DNA of 62,552 bases, filler included, from Choristocarpus tenellus KU-1152 (GCA_964200185.2; 12 parts of 12 records of this genome joined end to end with filler, not necessarily neighbours in it), one strand, 5' to 3'. Numbered from the whole stretch's first letter, positions 37,402 to 51,383 are shown. Numbers and translations are program-made. Notes: generated by a model not told the origin, from the sequence alone.

Positions 37402-37501
37402 NNNNNNNNNNNNNNNNNNNNNNNNNNNNNNNNNNNNNNNNNNNNTTAATTAATTAANNNNNNNNNNNNNNNNNNNNNNNNNNNNNNNNNNNNNNNNNNN
37501 N

Positions 37502-39900
37502 CCTTTCCCCCACTCCCTCTCTCCTTCCCTCCAATTTTTCTTTGTTCTCCTCACCCCTCTCACCCCCAAACCCTAGCCCCCTTCCAAAATCACAATATCT
37601 AACACTATTGTCACCTGTACAATGATTACTGTCAAACATGTCCAAACCAGAGCCAACCAAGGAAAGACCTAGGCTTTGTGCCCTCTCACACGCAGCCTTC
37701 TGGAGTACCTTCAAGTCTTGAAACAGAGAAAATATGGGGAAGTCCATGAGTAGTGACCTCTGCTGGTGCGTTACCATTTCTGTGTCTGACTCCTGCCCCT
37801 CCCCCCCAGCACCAGGTGAGACAAAGTCCTGAGCAGGGTGCACACTAATGTCAGAAGGTGCAGGTGGTAAGGATCGCTTTATTGTACCACCCAGAGCCAA
37901 ACTGTCCTCTGCCCTCACCGCATTTGATGGCAACAGCAAGCCCGGCCATACTACTCCCCCTTTCTGTCCCATCGAGATTCCATCTCCCACTCCTGCCTTT
38001 GTACAAAATTCCCCTCGCACCATCATTCCAGCACTCCATGACATTGGTTTTTCCCTCCCGGCATCTGGTACCTTTGCTGCTGATTCCATGTATGGACCAT
38101 TCCCCATTCTAGTCCCCATCATTAATGTGGGATATAATTCAGTTTGGGGACTGCGGCGGCGGCAGCGGCGGCGGCAGTGGGCCGTGGTTGCTGCCAGCTG
38201 TGTACGTACACCCCACTCTGCCATGTGTATGAGTAAGCCATCGTAACTAGTGCACCAAGAGCAACCCTGGTCACAGTCAAAACGAGCATATCGGCCAGCA
38301 GGGGCTGACCTCTTGTTCCCTGACAGAAAGGAAGGCAAACCCTCAGCACAGTGGCACCCAGCTGTAAACGCTGTGCAGCCCACACAACGCCATGGGCACT
38401 CCAATACCTCCATGCTAAACGCAAAGGCCCCCTTATTTAGTGGGTGCACCTTCTCCTGTCCAAGTCTGTTGCTGCTGCTGCTGTTGCTTCTCTTCCTGCT
38501 GCTACTATTGGTACCAACACTACCCCCAAACTTTGCCTCACTTCTAGTCCTAACATCATCAGTGCCTTCTTCACAGATAAAATCTCCACAATCTGCTGTG
38601 GCTGCATCACCACCCCTATCCAGCCTAATTTCACCATCTGCCTCCCCAGCTGCCTGCAGTAGGCTAGCAACACCTGACCGTGTTGTTGACACTGCTAGCC
38701 CTACCATTGCCTCTGCTGGAGTTTCTGGTATAGCAACAGGTGTAGGCGATGGCAGTGGTGTCAGAGTAGCTGGCACAGGTCGAGTGGCCACCATGAGGAG
38801 TCCCCCCACAGCAGCCCTTGCTGCAGCATCTGAAGAGCTGTTGGTTGCTGTGGAGGACAGGGAAGCATCCCTTCCCTGCCCTAAACTATCCCTGTCCTTA
38901 ACAATGGGGGGATCACCTGCCAACAGATGCAGGGCAATTGCGAAGGGGTGAACACACATTGAACTGTGCTATTGGAGGGCTATGGTTTGAAGGAGAGTGG
39001 GCAATATAGTTGTTGGATCTTACTCAGGGTGGTGAAAGTTCCATACCTGTTCCGCACGAGTTTGCAAGCACCAAGGGACTTGTGGGCGTGTCCCTTTGTG
39101 GTTCCTCAGTAGCAACACTCTGGGGGGACTCCGCAGCAGGGGCAAGCTTATGTTCATCGCGAATTTCACGAAGTCGAGCAGCCCAAATCTGAAAGAGTTA
39201 GGCGGTCAACAAAACAGTGTTGCACCTAGGGATATCAAGAAGGAAAATTACAGCAGGTCTAACAAGAAGATCCAAAGCATGCCAATGCCTCGCAGCACAA
39301 AAAAAATACATTCAAAATCACCACACCCAACATTGACACAGAGGTATGCATGCTCAACAAGTCTTCATATTCCAAATCCAAGACATGAACGAACCTCTCC
39401 TGCCTTGAAATCTATTGCCCTTGGGCGTAGGACCTTTTGAACCATGCCCTCGTCAAAGTCGCGCACCTGGGAGGGGCTCACCCACTCAAAATAGTGATGT
39501 GCCTTTGAGGAGAGGGCAGAGAGGAAGAGGGTACAGAGTGTTACGAGTTTTACTACAGTCGTTAAAACGCATCAACTAACAAGACTTGAAGTGCCTGGCA
39601 TCTTTGCAGGAGTGTTAATGAGCTGCTTGTTCTTGAAATACACTCTAAACTACTACCAACTACCAAGGACTTAAAACAGAGTAAGAAGTATACCAACATG
39701 CAACTGAACGTAAAGGATGCAGGCCACATCAGACCTGGCGCATCATTCAGCCAATACCATATCTTCCTCTATATTACGATATATCCCCCGTAACTGCCTT
39801 CATCTCTTACCCCCTCAGCCAGATACACAACGAGGCAGTTTTGACTAGGATCGATACCCTCGTCCATGCTCAGCTTCATGCTAATGCGCTCCAGCACCTT
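37502..39900 (-). CDS. Spliced gene with a probable PWWP-domain tail and a large low-complexity exon; exons ~39898-39785, 39502-39434, 39190-39047, ~38964-37600
   Basis: ~1.45-kb stop-free frame with upstream AG/GT-bounded segments. NCLVVYLAEG and HHYFEWVSPSQVRDFDEG resemble the PWWP lV.ffg...yaWv....l..f pattern. Gene ends are not defined. Confidence 0.5.
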
Positions 39901-41542
39901 TGAGGAAGGAACGTTATTTGTAGGTAGATAAGCGAATTTGAACTTACCTCGTCTAGAAAGATTTTTTTTTAAGATAAGGAGGTGTAGGTCACTATAAATT
40001 ACACGTCGGTGGAGGTGTGCTTCATTTTCATTCCTAGTGTAGCCACCAGAATAGTCACCAGAAGATGGGTAAGGGCGTTTTGATCTCGGACCTCTTGGTC
40101 CCCAAGCAAGTTTAGCAAATACTCCGCAATTGAGGGGCAAGATTGAGGAGCATAGCAGGCATCGCACTTGAGAGCAAATCAATGGAATCACAAGAGCAAG
40201 TATAAGGATCGGCAGGGTTGCTGTTCCGTGGGCGATGACAATTTATCGTCAGTCCATGGTCGAGCACAAACCGTGGGGAGCAAGGAGCACACAGAGAGAA
40301 AACCCTCCTTCTCGAGTACAATCACTGCATAGAAAATATAAAACCAGAATTGAAGGAGCATTATAACCTTGAAGAGGGTTGATACAGACAGTTCTTCGAA
40401 ACCATGGACATGAGCATCAGTGCCAAGATCTTATAACGATACCTCAGCTTCTGAGCAAAGGCGGCAGGGCCAAAGGACGTTCCTCCTGCGTGGTAACGAC
40501 ACAGCCACAACAGTATCATAGGATAGTCCACCTTCTTCGTGCGTTGACCTAGCATGTTAGGGTGTCAAACCGGGCATGCAGCAGTTGTTGTGGTTGAGGA
40601 ATGATAGACATTGGAACATTCAAATCCCATGTTAACATCCGTGGAAAGGGAAACTGAGAGAAGCCAAGAAGCATCCATTCATCTCAATGGATGTCTGATA
40701 ACGTCTGGAACTAGAATTGAAACTTGCACCCAGGGTCGGAGGGGAATAGATTTTTTCATCTTTAAACCAACCTCAACCTCTTCTTGCTGCTCTTGGCAGG
40801 TGTGCTCATGGACAAAGTATGCTTTCGTTTGGGCGGCATTTTTGCCACTCAGACTCGACTTTGGGGATGACCACGTAAGAATATGTGGCGCAAAAGAAAA
40901 GGGTGCTCTTTCCTGGCACTCTCTTGCAAGGGTGGCAACACCTCCACAGATCTTGTACGAGTTGCAGGACTTTCAAGTTTGTCTGTTTGGTTTCTGTTGT
41001 TTCTCGGTTTTTCTCCAGATCGGTTTTTGGTATGAATAACTTCATTAATAATTTCTAATTTCGACTATTTGTTTCCTTCTTCAACATAGAAACAACAGAC
41101 CATCCAAGAATTGAAGACTATTCTTATGATGTACCATATTAATATATATTATATTATTATGCCCTCTGACATTTTGCAGATGTGTCAGGGGGAAACCAAT
41201 GAAAACTATATACGTGTGAATCGTGTGATTCTGTGGCGGCGTGGGCAAGGGTNNNNNNNNNNNNNNNNNNNNNNNNNNNNNNNNNNNNNNNNNNNNTTAA
41301 TTAATTAANNNNNNNNNNNNNNNNNNNNNNNNNNNNNNNNNNNNNNNNNNNNACGTGTGTACATGTGTGTTGTACATACACTCAACTGCCACCACCCTTA
41401 GGTGAGGTGTTGCCAAAATGAGTGGATTAGTATATGCTAAACTATGTTGGCAACTACAAGTGATATTTCGAACAGCAACGAGGGAGTCTGCGCACATACT
41501 TGGGGGGGAGGGGTGTGTGAGAAACGGAAAAAGTCAACGCAC

Positions 41543-43899
41543 TGTTTCAAGGTTGTCACATTCGATCCCATCATGATGAGGACATTATTAAGCCCCCCAG
41601 GGGCTTTCAAGAATCTGTTCTTTGTCTCATCACGGCGAAGCATCCGCCGCAGGCAGGATGAGGCGTCCTGCACAAAACATTGTGGACCATGAGAGGGAGA
41701 GGAAGTATTCATCAGTTACTTACTTACTTCTGGGCGATCCTGTAAGTTAGAGCATCTTCCTTAAGTCAGCGTGATCTTTCTCGTGCCATTCTTTGGGGAA
41801 AAATGCTCTCAATAAAACATGTCGTCTTCTCCACCTTAAGATATTTCCACAACCCTTCTCCGCTTGGATGGGTGGGCCAGCACTGACCGACATTCTCTAC
41901 GACAATCTATGGTATTGGTTGAGGGAGAACATTGAGCATGAGGAAACTAGTGCTTACTGCATTGAGACATGAGAGCAGACCAGAGAGCCATGCTCAGGAA
42001 TTGAGAAGCAGGATTTAAGTAACTCAAATTGCCATAAAAGCCTTCCCGTTGACATATATGTTGGTTTTCAAAATGTCACCGGTAGGTTCAATCTGTTTTG
42101 CCATCACTATTTGTAGTAGTTAGTTGACTTCCCTTTGTCTACAGGAGACTACTTGTACTGTGTCATATACCCCACAATACACACTAAACCTCTAGTGCTC
42201 AAGAGTATGCTTCGAACTACAATCCATTGCAAAGTACAGTTAGCTTTTGGAGCTTGAGTCCTATGCTTTTCTACCACAGACTCTACCACACGGAACTTGA
42301 ACCTTTAGACAATCAATACTGGCTTTGCTGAGGGGCTTCTTCACTCCAATGTCCTTGGCAATGAGAGCTAGTAGCGCCCCCAAGACCCCTGCACTGTCCA
42401 GCACCTCTATATTGCTGTCTGGTGGGAATGTAATCGGATGTTGTGGGGCGTTGTTCTTGCGGTAAAGTTGTGTGCACTACTGATTGCCCTGGCATTCTAG
42501 TGGATACTTGGTGCATGGAACTAGACCTGTGACTGTTCAAGCGTGTATACTCACTCATGCTTGATAGAAACAAATGCTATTGCTGTAGATATAGAGTGCA
42601 ATTGAAATACCCCAAAATAGAAATGTGCAAGGAATATGGACTATTTCGCACTATTTTGTTTGTTACACCATTACAACACCAGGCAAAAAGGCAAGGATTT
42701 CATTTGAACCTGCTGTGCTTCTCCAATGCCCTAGCTGTGAAGAGGGATGTGAGGTGTAGCATATCGGGCTCAAAGTATCTGGGGGGTGTCCATTCAGGCC
42801 CTGACCAGGAGATATGCATTTACTATATCCATCCGACACATGCAACCAAATCACCCAAAAAACATGACATGGAAAAATGGACCCCAAATGGATAGCCGGC
42901 ACTCCCCCTTCAGATACTTTGAGCCATCGCATTGATGCCTCAACTAGAAATGAGATTATCATGAACACCCCTCTCTCTGCACGAATTCATTAGCAATGGT
43001 TGCTGCATTAATGTTTCATCAGGAATATCCACTTCAATTACATTCCTATATTCTTTTGAACTGAACATTCCACACCCTGGCCACAAGGGATGGTGAGTGA
43101 GAGGCTGAGAGATTCTTTAAAAGAAATTTTCCATCAAGCCTGACTTGCTGAGGACTGGTTTTGACTTAAGGAGACCTTCCTGAAGGCAGAATTAGACGCT
43201 TCCCACTTTTATGTCCGCGCACATCGACCAGACTAAAGGGTAGGAGTCTAGCCCTCCTGTATTTTTTTATGGCAATATTGGAGTTTGGGGGCTAGTCCTA
43301 AACCACCCCCCTTCACGCAGGCGAAACACAGCAGAGGCCGCACAAGCAAGACACGAACAACTAACAACATATTCAGAGACATATTAATGGAGAATGGTAG
43401 ACTCACCGTTCATGCTCAACGTTGCAAAAGCGGACGCCGCATCGCTCCTTGAGGTATCGAAATCAGACCAGTAGGCCAGGTCAACCATAGTATGAATCTC
43501 TTCCTTGGAGAGGTTGGAAAGATATATTTTACTGAGTTGTCACGTGGACTGATCTTAATTTGTGTTAGTAACTGAGAATCTGGTGCCTCTTTTTTTGTTT
43601 TCTGTAAGGGGTTTCATCTAGCGAAGTTGCCACGAGGAAACGAGTTCTGGAAAAGTCGCATACAAATTGACGATCCCCCATTATTCAAAACCTTACAATG
43701 CAGAAAAGCGTTGACCAGCCCATCGAGCAAATCAATACCCCATGTGAATATATAAACGTGGTACAATGAGCTTCGTGGTTCGGATTCCCTCTTACTATTG
43801 TGCCCCAGTTCATCCTATTACTACTCGGAATTGGTAGTGTCGTACTATGTGCCCACAGAAGCTACGGTTCCGTGGCTCCTTGCTTCGAGCCTCAAGCAT
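41543..43899 (-). CDS. Armadillo-repeat (Vac8-like) protein, 5' part; exons 43531-43407, 42418-42303, 41667-41543 plus uncertain upstream exons
   Basis: Spliced LSKEEIHTMVDLAYWSDFDTSRSDAASAFATLSMNDSNIEVLDSAGVLGALLALI...IDCLKDASSCLRRMLRRDETKNRFLKAPGGLNNVLIMMGS shows two ARM-like repeats. Exon phases are compatible. Confidence 0.62.
42767..42925. mobile_element. MITE family B, complete, TSD ATCG (intronic)
   Basis: GGCTCAAAGTATCTG...CAGATACTTTGAGCC with ATCG on both flanks. Confidence 0.92.
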
Positions 43900-44342
43900 G
43901 ACCTGTATACTTGGAAAAATATCTTGTCAGGTTAGCTAGATATGGTTTGACGGACCTTTGTGAGGTCTTTAATAACATGTTGTCGCACGATGGGCTGGCA
44001 CAACATGTTGAGGCGACTTTGCTGCTGCTTCGCTATATGTCTCGAGCATGGGCGATTTGTTGAGACGGGTGTTTCATCTTCTGTCACCATCCCAACTCGC
44101 GGAGAGAAATTCGATGTCGCCATTTTGTTTTAGTGCGCTTCTCCAAAGAGAGAGAATAGGTCAAAGAGGCATCGCGAGGAGGGTTGATGTGTACCTGGAA
44201 ATGGTTGTAGAGAACCAGACAGGAAGTTGAGGAGGTCCCTTCACACGAAACGAAACTATGACGTACATACTTGAAACGACACGACAAATTTGGTCCCTCT
44301 CAAAAATCTGCCTTACTTTGTCCTTGCATCAGTGTTGTCCAG

Positions 44343-46326
44343 TGGGGATGGTAGACCTGAAAAAAAGGGAGGAGAGGAAGTACTTCAGTCTATGCCAAGT
44401 GACTTCTTCTCCAAAAGGACCGCGACATGTATGTCAAATAAAGTCGTAGGGCGAGGTTCACGAAAAGGTCGACAAAGTTAATGAGCATCTTAAACCATGC
44501 GGAGGGAGAAGAGCCGCAAGATCTGGCCAAAGGTAGACTTCAGGTATATTCGAGTGTGGGAATGTTGAAATGGAGTACGAACGTACACTCTGGTTGTTAA
44601 AATGTCCAAACAAATACCTCTCAAATCACGAAACGTCGAACTCCACTCCCAAGATTGATTGCATCCATACATTATTTTCTCAGACATGCAGTGACCCAAT
44701 TGACAGCTGACTGCCTCCTCAAGTGAACTCTTGTATTCGATTAGCAGAATACGATGGAATACTTCGAAGTAGGAACAAACGAAGATGCAGAAAATGGAAG
44801 GGGCACGCAACACTTTCCTTACGCTAATCAACGAGCCATCTTTACTACTGACAATGTCTATGTTGTATTATACGGTTTACTTTTAAGAGTAGATGATTTT
44901 ACGTTCTACGAAGTAGGTTTTTTGCACTCTGCATATTCGTATTAACTGAGACGATTTATCTCTTGTGCATAATAATAGCATGGACTACAGTCTCCCAGGG
45001 CTTGATATCGGAAGCCTTGACTGCAAACACCTCGACGAAGTGCTAGCAAATGACGCTGATCTCGGCAACGATATCTGGTATAGCAATACTAGATCGCCCT
45101 CTTGGGATATTGCAGCCCCACAGTCACAATCACTAGGGGAAGGGGAACCATCTGGGCTAAGGAGGCGATTTCAACAGCAAGAGAGCTACCAACCGGTGAG
45201 TGGGGGCACTGCTTTAAGTTGACAGCAGTGAGTAAAGAACTAGCATGATATCATAACAGGGCAAAAAAGGTCACCCTTCCACATAGATCCAACTCGAGTA
45301 CTACTGCTAGGGAAAGAAGGAGGGCGGCAAGGGCGGAGTATACATTATTAATTGCATGATACTGTCTACAACAGAGAGATGTTATGGGGTGCATATTGGA
45401 GGGTACAGATGGGCTTGGGTGACGCAATTGGGATTCCCCTCCTAAAACTCGGATAAAAAAGAACATGTATTTGTCACACCATTTGGGAATCCACTCCTCT
45501 TTGGCACTCCGTACCCCACTCCCATGAAAAAGAACATCACATTTGTATTCACTTTGCTGAAAGTAGGACTTCAAGGAGCATTTTCATGTCACATCAAACA
45601 CCAGAATGTGGACCCTACCTCTCTGTATCCTGCTCTGCACCGCGTCAGACCAGTATTGTCATGGTTTCAAAAAGGGGTGTAGATCATGGCGGTGGCAGCT
45701 CTCTTCCACAGGGAAGATCTTATAGTGACGATGAAGATGACGAAGGAGAAGTGGCATTCAGACAGGTGATTGCTGTATTCAGAGAAGGGGAAAGCAAGGG
45801 GAAAATAAGTGTTGTTACCTTGTAAAAATAGTAACAAACCATCATCAGCAATCTTCCTTAAGGTAGCACCACAATCGATGCATTATGTACGCCCAATCTG
45901 GTGCATTCATTTCACATCACATCCAGGAAATCGTAGAAGAAAAAGTTAATTCCCTGCCATTCCTCCTTTTTTCGTTTTACGCTATGCTCAGGAGTATTTT
46001 GCACTGCACTCCTTTGCGATTTTGAAATGAACATTTCTTCTATGTGCATATTATGCTCCTCACTAAACTTGATGGGGAGATGAGGAATACCCTACTTGCA
46101 CCAGTATGATATGTTACCTTTTCATATCATGAACTTCTATCCCCCATGTTTGGGCTCTGTGGCTTGTCGTCAAACGAACAAAAAGTGCCTAAAACAACGC
46201 CTTCCTTGTCAATTGGAAAGTCAATGGTGTGTCACTGACCCACCGTTTCATTATGCACCAGTTCACAGTATATATTTTGTCACAGCCAGCGATCTACCTT
46301 CTTTTGTCAAGGAAATCCATGGCAAG
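44343..46326 (+). CDS. Probable exons of an unknown protein, divergent from the ARM gene
   Basis: Protein-like segments with splice-like borders (44980-45195 MDYSLPGLDIG...YQP|GT; 45649-45765 TSIVMV...DDEDDEGEVAFRQ|GT). No family motif. Confidence 0.35.
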
Positions 46327-46623
46327 GTACAGCAGCTTGTACTTCATATCACGTGCGTTCGCTTTCTACTATAAAAAAGTAAGGGTTACGAACCAGAACC
46401 AGGGGCAGTCAATGTCTCCACGGAGGCAAGATGCCTCACACCACCATTCTTAGTTCTTGCACACAGTAATTTGTCAAAAAAGTTACGGGGAACTCCTCCT
46501 TTCCATTCAAAATGCCTTGTGTGAAACTTGTGGGAGTGTAGTTGCTCACTAATTGACGGAGATGCTGATTATGTATGTTGTTGACTTATCACTTTGGTAT
46601 TGAGGCGCTAGCTCATCACGAGA

Positions 46624-46800
46624 GACTCAAAGTACCTGGGGGGGTTGGCGGCTGCCCATTTGGGGGCCATTTTTCCATGTTGCAATATTTGGGTGATTTG
46701 GGTGCATGCATCGGATGGATAGTGTAAGCACACTTCTCTTGGTCAGGGCTTAAATGGACACCCTGACGTAGATACCCCCCTCCCCCCCCCACCCCCTACC
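46624..46800. mobile_element. MITE family B, ending in a C-rich tract before the linker
   Basis: gactcaaagtacctgggggg...aatggacaccctgacgtagatacccccc. Confidence 0.85.
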
Positions 46801-47417
46801 CCCACCCCGTACCAAACCCCCACCCCCCCACCACCACACCGCCCAACCACNNNNNNNNNNNNNNNNNNNNNNNNNNNNNNNNNNNNNNNNNNNNTTAATT
46901 AATTAANNNNNNNNNNNNNNNNNNNNNNNNNNNNNNNNNNNNNNNNNNNNAGGAGGAAGGGGGGGTGGGGGTGGTGGTGGTGGTGGCAATGCACTACTAC
47001 TATCCCAGGGTGAAGGATGGACAGGGTGGGGGGGTGCTCAGTGTTTATGGATCAATGGTATATTAGTTCGTACAACCTTACCTCTGGCTTGCTCTGAACC
47101 AAGTTTTATGGTGGCACCATTATGCCCTGTTCCATCATTGTTGAAGTACACTTGTGTAATTATGACTTGATTGAATGACAAACCTCGAGTCTTAGCCCTG
47201 TAGCCCGGTTTTCTTTGTACCTTTCTTACAGACTTCATCTGGCCCCTACCCCTTTTCCTGAAGAGCATGCTTCAGAGGCATTTGTGAGTGCTACAATGAG
47301 GTGGTGTTGCCTGCTACACTTGTGTGCATGGACCTCATTGCTTTCGTGTTTAGAAGAACACACCTCCCCCACCCCTGCATTTTTGTCTATGTTTCTTCTC
47401 ACCTGCGGATTCACCAG

Positions 47418-49641
47418 GTGAACCTTCTGAAGAGCTTGCTGAGGCCAGAACACCCTGATGTGGAAGTGCGCTCAGTGGATGGTTTCCAGGGGGGGGAGAA
47501 GGAAGCCATAGTTCTCAGTCTTGTCCGCAGCAACCCAGGTCAGATCAACCAAAAGGGTGATGCATGGTAAAACAGTAGTGAGTTAAGTTGTGGGCAAGAT
47601 GGTGTCAGCGTGGCCAGCTTGATGGTTTTAAGCTTTCCTTTGTTGTGCGTTCAGCATTTCCCTTGTGTTATAGTTTTTGCCATTGAAGTTAGTACTCGAT
47701 TTAACTACATTAGTACTAGGTCCCTAGTGCTTTTGAATGCATAGTACATCACAAGGTCATACAAGGAGGTTGAGCGGGGTTGGGCAGGCGTGAGAGGGGG
47801 AGAGGGGAGAAGGGGAGGACAGTTACACGTTTGGGAGGTTGACTAGGAAATAGTATTGTCTGGCGGTGTGAAACTTGAGTGTGCCGATTTTGCTCATTCG
47901 AATCCCTGTTGGTTACTTTTATCCTTGGTGCGTCTTTCAAAAGTGAGAAACACCAATCCCTACACTTGTGTCTACACCTGGAAAACTTGCAGATAAGAAT
48001 GTAGGCTTCCTAGCTGACACCCGGAGGCTAAACGTGGCTGTGACAAGATCCAAACGGCACGTGGCTGTCGTGTGCGATGCTGAATGCTGTGGCTCGGATC
48101 CTTTCATTGGCCGCCTGCTGAGGCACATAGAAGATCGAGGTGACTACCGTAGTGCTCTGGAGCTAACTTCAGAGCGGGATCTGGAACAGGTTGAGTCTAC
48201 CAGAGGTGTTGCAGTGGCAAGGATGGAAGGGGAGGTTGATGCCAAGAAGGAGATGGTGCCTAAAGGCCTGCGTGAGTCCCCTGCCGGAAATTGCTCAAGG
48301 AGTGAGGGGCAAGGTGTTGCGATTGGGGAGGCGGCAGGTGATGACGTGGTTATGCATGGTGAGAGTGTTGATGGATCTGGTGAAAGTGAAGGGAGCATTG
48401 TATGCCAGGGAGATGAAGTGCAGAAGGATGATGGGGGCGAGGAAGAGGCAAAAGAGAAGGGATCAAGACATGCTTTGTTGCCCCAGCAGGGGAGGCAAAA
48501 AGGAAAAGGGAGTAGTGACATGGGTGTGTCAAACCCGGGACACGGACATAACAGGAGAGGGGGGGGGAAACGGGAGGGGGGAATGGAGGATAAGGAAGTC
48601 ATTGCAATGGTGGGGGAGTTTGCCAGGGGAGAGAGAGACAATTCTCTGGTGAAGGTGGGGAAAGAGGTGGAATTGACAGGGGTGGAGGAAATTACCCTCC
48701 CTGCGGTGCTGAATGCCCGGCAAAGGCTGCTGGTGCATGAGGCAGCGGAAAGACAAGGCATTGGTCACATCAGCAGGGGGGAAGGGGATCAGCGGAGGAT
48801 TGTTCTCACACGAAAATGTGGAATGATGAGGGATGATGAGGGATGCACACACTGCCACCCCCCAAGTATCAGAAGTTGTAAGGTACAGCCTAGTGCAAAG
48901 TGTTTTGATGAAAGCGATGTGTTGGGAGGTGATGATGGGATGGCCGAGGTGACTGGGCTGGATGCCAAAGGCCCAAAAGAGGAGGAAATCCAATGCAATG
49001 ATGGTGTTGTCCAACCTGAAAATCGTCTCCTGGCTTCACTACATGCAGAGAGGAGAGCCCGAAGTCAGGAAACTTCCACTAAATCGATGACAGCATTGGG
49101 ACAAATGGTTGATGCTCAGGGGGGGGCCGGTGGTCTTGGTTTTGAGGTTCAAACTGGGGCTAATCTTAAAGGACTTGGAGGGGTGGCTTGTAAGGGAGGG
49201 CAAGGAAAGGGCTCGAAGGGTGCATCCAAGAAGAAAGGAAAGGGTAAGAAGGCAAATGCTGGCAGTGGGAAAGGGTTGGGGGGGGAGCAGGGGTGGAGCA
49301 GGGGCATGACCCACACAGTGGAACGTAAGGTGCCAGCCACAGGGGCAAGCACAGGAGGGGGGGCGAAGGGGGAGGAGGACGATGACATGTCATTTCTTGA
49401 CGCAGAGATCAAGAAGGTAAGAAAGTCTGAGCCGTGTTACTCAGACCTGCTTAGGTTAACGAATTCAGCAATGCGAGAAAGAAATCCAGGCTGGGCAGCA
49501 GAACAGGACCGCCCCAGGCCTTCAAAGTCAGTACTTTCAGGGAAAGAGAGGGAGAAGCTTAAGGGGGTGCTACAGACACGCTTGACAGAAGAAGAAAAGA
49601 GGCGATCTTCCAAGGCAGTCAAGAAAGGAGGACACATCTAG
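47418..49641 (+). CDS. IGHMBP2: SF1 (Upf1-like) helicase IGHMBP2/SMUBP-2 with R3H domain, last two exons 47418-47538 and 47993-49641
   Basis: Motif [22 protein letters not shown], motif [22 protein letters not shown], and R3[38 protein letters not shown]. Confidence 0.88.
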
Positions 49642-51383
49642 CAACAGTTGGCGGGGATTCAAAAAGGAACAATGTGGTGTACCGTTGCTCAAGCCTTCAG
49701 TATCAATTTTTCCAGCTTTTATTATAGCGTGCATACTAGAGCGCTATGTGTACAAGTCTTGAACAACCTGCTGTAGCTACATATTTCTAGCTCTATGGTG
49801 TTAGTACCGCCAGGCAGTGTTATCAAATTGTGGGGAAGGGAGGTAGTGCCATTTTATTGTCTCGCTGATGACAACCTTCTCAAACTGATAGTATTGCTGT
49901 TGCTAAGGAACTACCTTGTAGAAATATATAAGGGTAACTTTTACACTTCAATCCAACATTACACATTATAGTAGAGGTAGCCACAGCAATCAATCCTAAC
50001 TCACAACATTCTGTCTACCGTAGATCACTGTCACCACTGTATTCTATAGTCATCATGGTGCTGGTCTTAGTATCGTAACAGTGCCAATCGTTCAGGTGCA
50101 GGGTCTCATAAATATACATGTATTGACTAAAGTATCGTCCTTGCACTTATTTTCTACCACCACTACAGAACATGTCTGTTTTACACATTGAGTGTTGAGT
50201 CAATGCAGTGTATGTTTAACATGCTTTTGGTGTTCCTGTTTACTGGGTAGCCAACTTAACCTGTGCAATAGTTGCGTTATGTGTACAATAGTTTATGCGA
50301 AATAGATACTCCCCCTTTCCACACACAAAGTGACACCACAATTCAGCTAAGACTCTTTCTGCAATTGCACAAAAATGAACTATTTTTGCCCTTTCTCGGG
50401 ATGCTTAAAATACACCCCGGCCTCTTAATGAGTTTGGCTTGGTAGCAAATTGGGGCACCTCTTTATCTGCCTGTATCGCAGTGTATAGGTATGGAGAGGT
50501 TTACAGAGGAAATAGCACATGTTAGGGGTCTTACCTTCAAGATGTAATAGGTACAATGTTCCAATAGTTTATCAACGTTTTGAAGTATATCTTTTTATGT
50601 GCAGAAAACAGAGTTTTGGTTTGCTCTTTTTTTTTTTGAGGCTGCAGTACAAAGCAATTCTCGCAACCTCCCAGAGGTATTTTGTCAAGGTGAAACAAAT
50701 ACTGCTATTAATAACATTTCTTTTCCTTTCTAGGAGCAAATTACCAGGAATACAGTAGAAGACAGCATGTAAGTGGAATGCATAGTGCAACTTCTCAAAC
50801 GGCTCAATGGCACAATATTATAAAAGTTGTCGCACATCTACTGTGTCAACTCACTTTGTGTTGCTGTGATTTGGGGGGTGGGCTTACTATGTGTGGGTTG
50901 CTTTCTCGAACCTTCCATGTACTTGTATGATTTTCCTGCAATTGCGATGAGCCTACAGTCCTAAGATTAGATATTGCGGTATGTACGATGCCCTTGTCTA
51001 CTGTTCTTGGGAGATCTTGTATTGACCTTCATGTCTTGAGAATCCTGATGTAAGGGAAAATGCTAGTACTGATCAATTCTCTTTTCACGAGGTACACGGA
51101 GCTGAGCTGTGTTTGCTAGGAACTACTCAAATAGATCCGTTCCTGTACAGATGATGAGCGTTCATTGATTGATGGTAAAGACACAATCCAATTTTCTGCT
51201 CCATTCTTGGTTATAGCAGTTGACTCGGTAGTAGTATGACTACTTGCTCGGTAACACTGAAAGTAGTGTAACGTAGGACCACTAATACTGCCATAATCAA
51301 GCCAAGTCAGTGTGTCAAATGGAGTTTTGATTTAGTCGGCGGTACATTATGACCAAGAAAAAACTGCGGATGATATATGTTGA

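Noticed and set aside
38250-38951. 233-aa + strand ORF (and the antisense ORFs at 48144-49637)
   Set aside because: These are antisense shadows of long low-complexity exons on the opposite strand.
50311-50878. Old TIR element
   Set aside because: Inverted similarity is limited to about 20 imperfect bases and there is no TSD.
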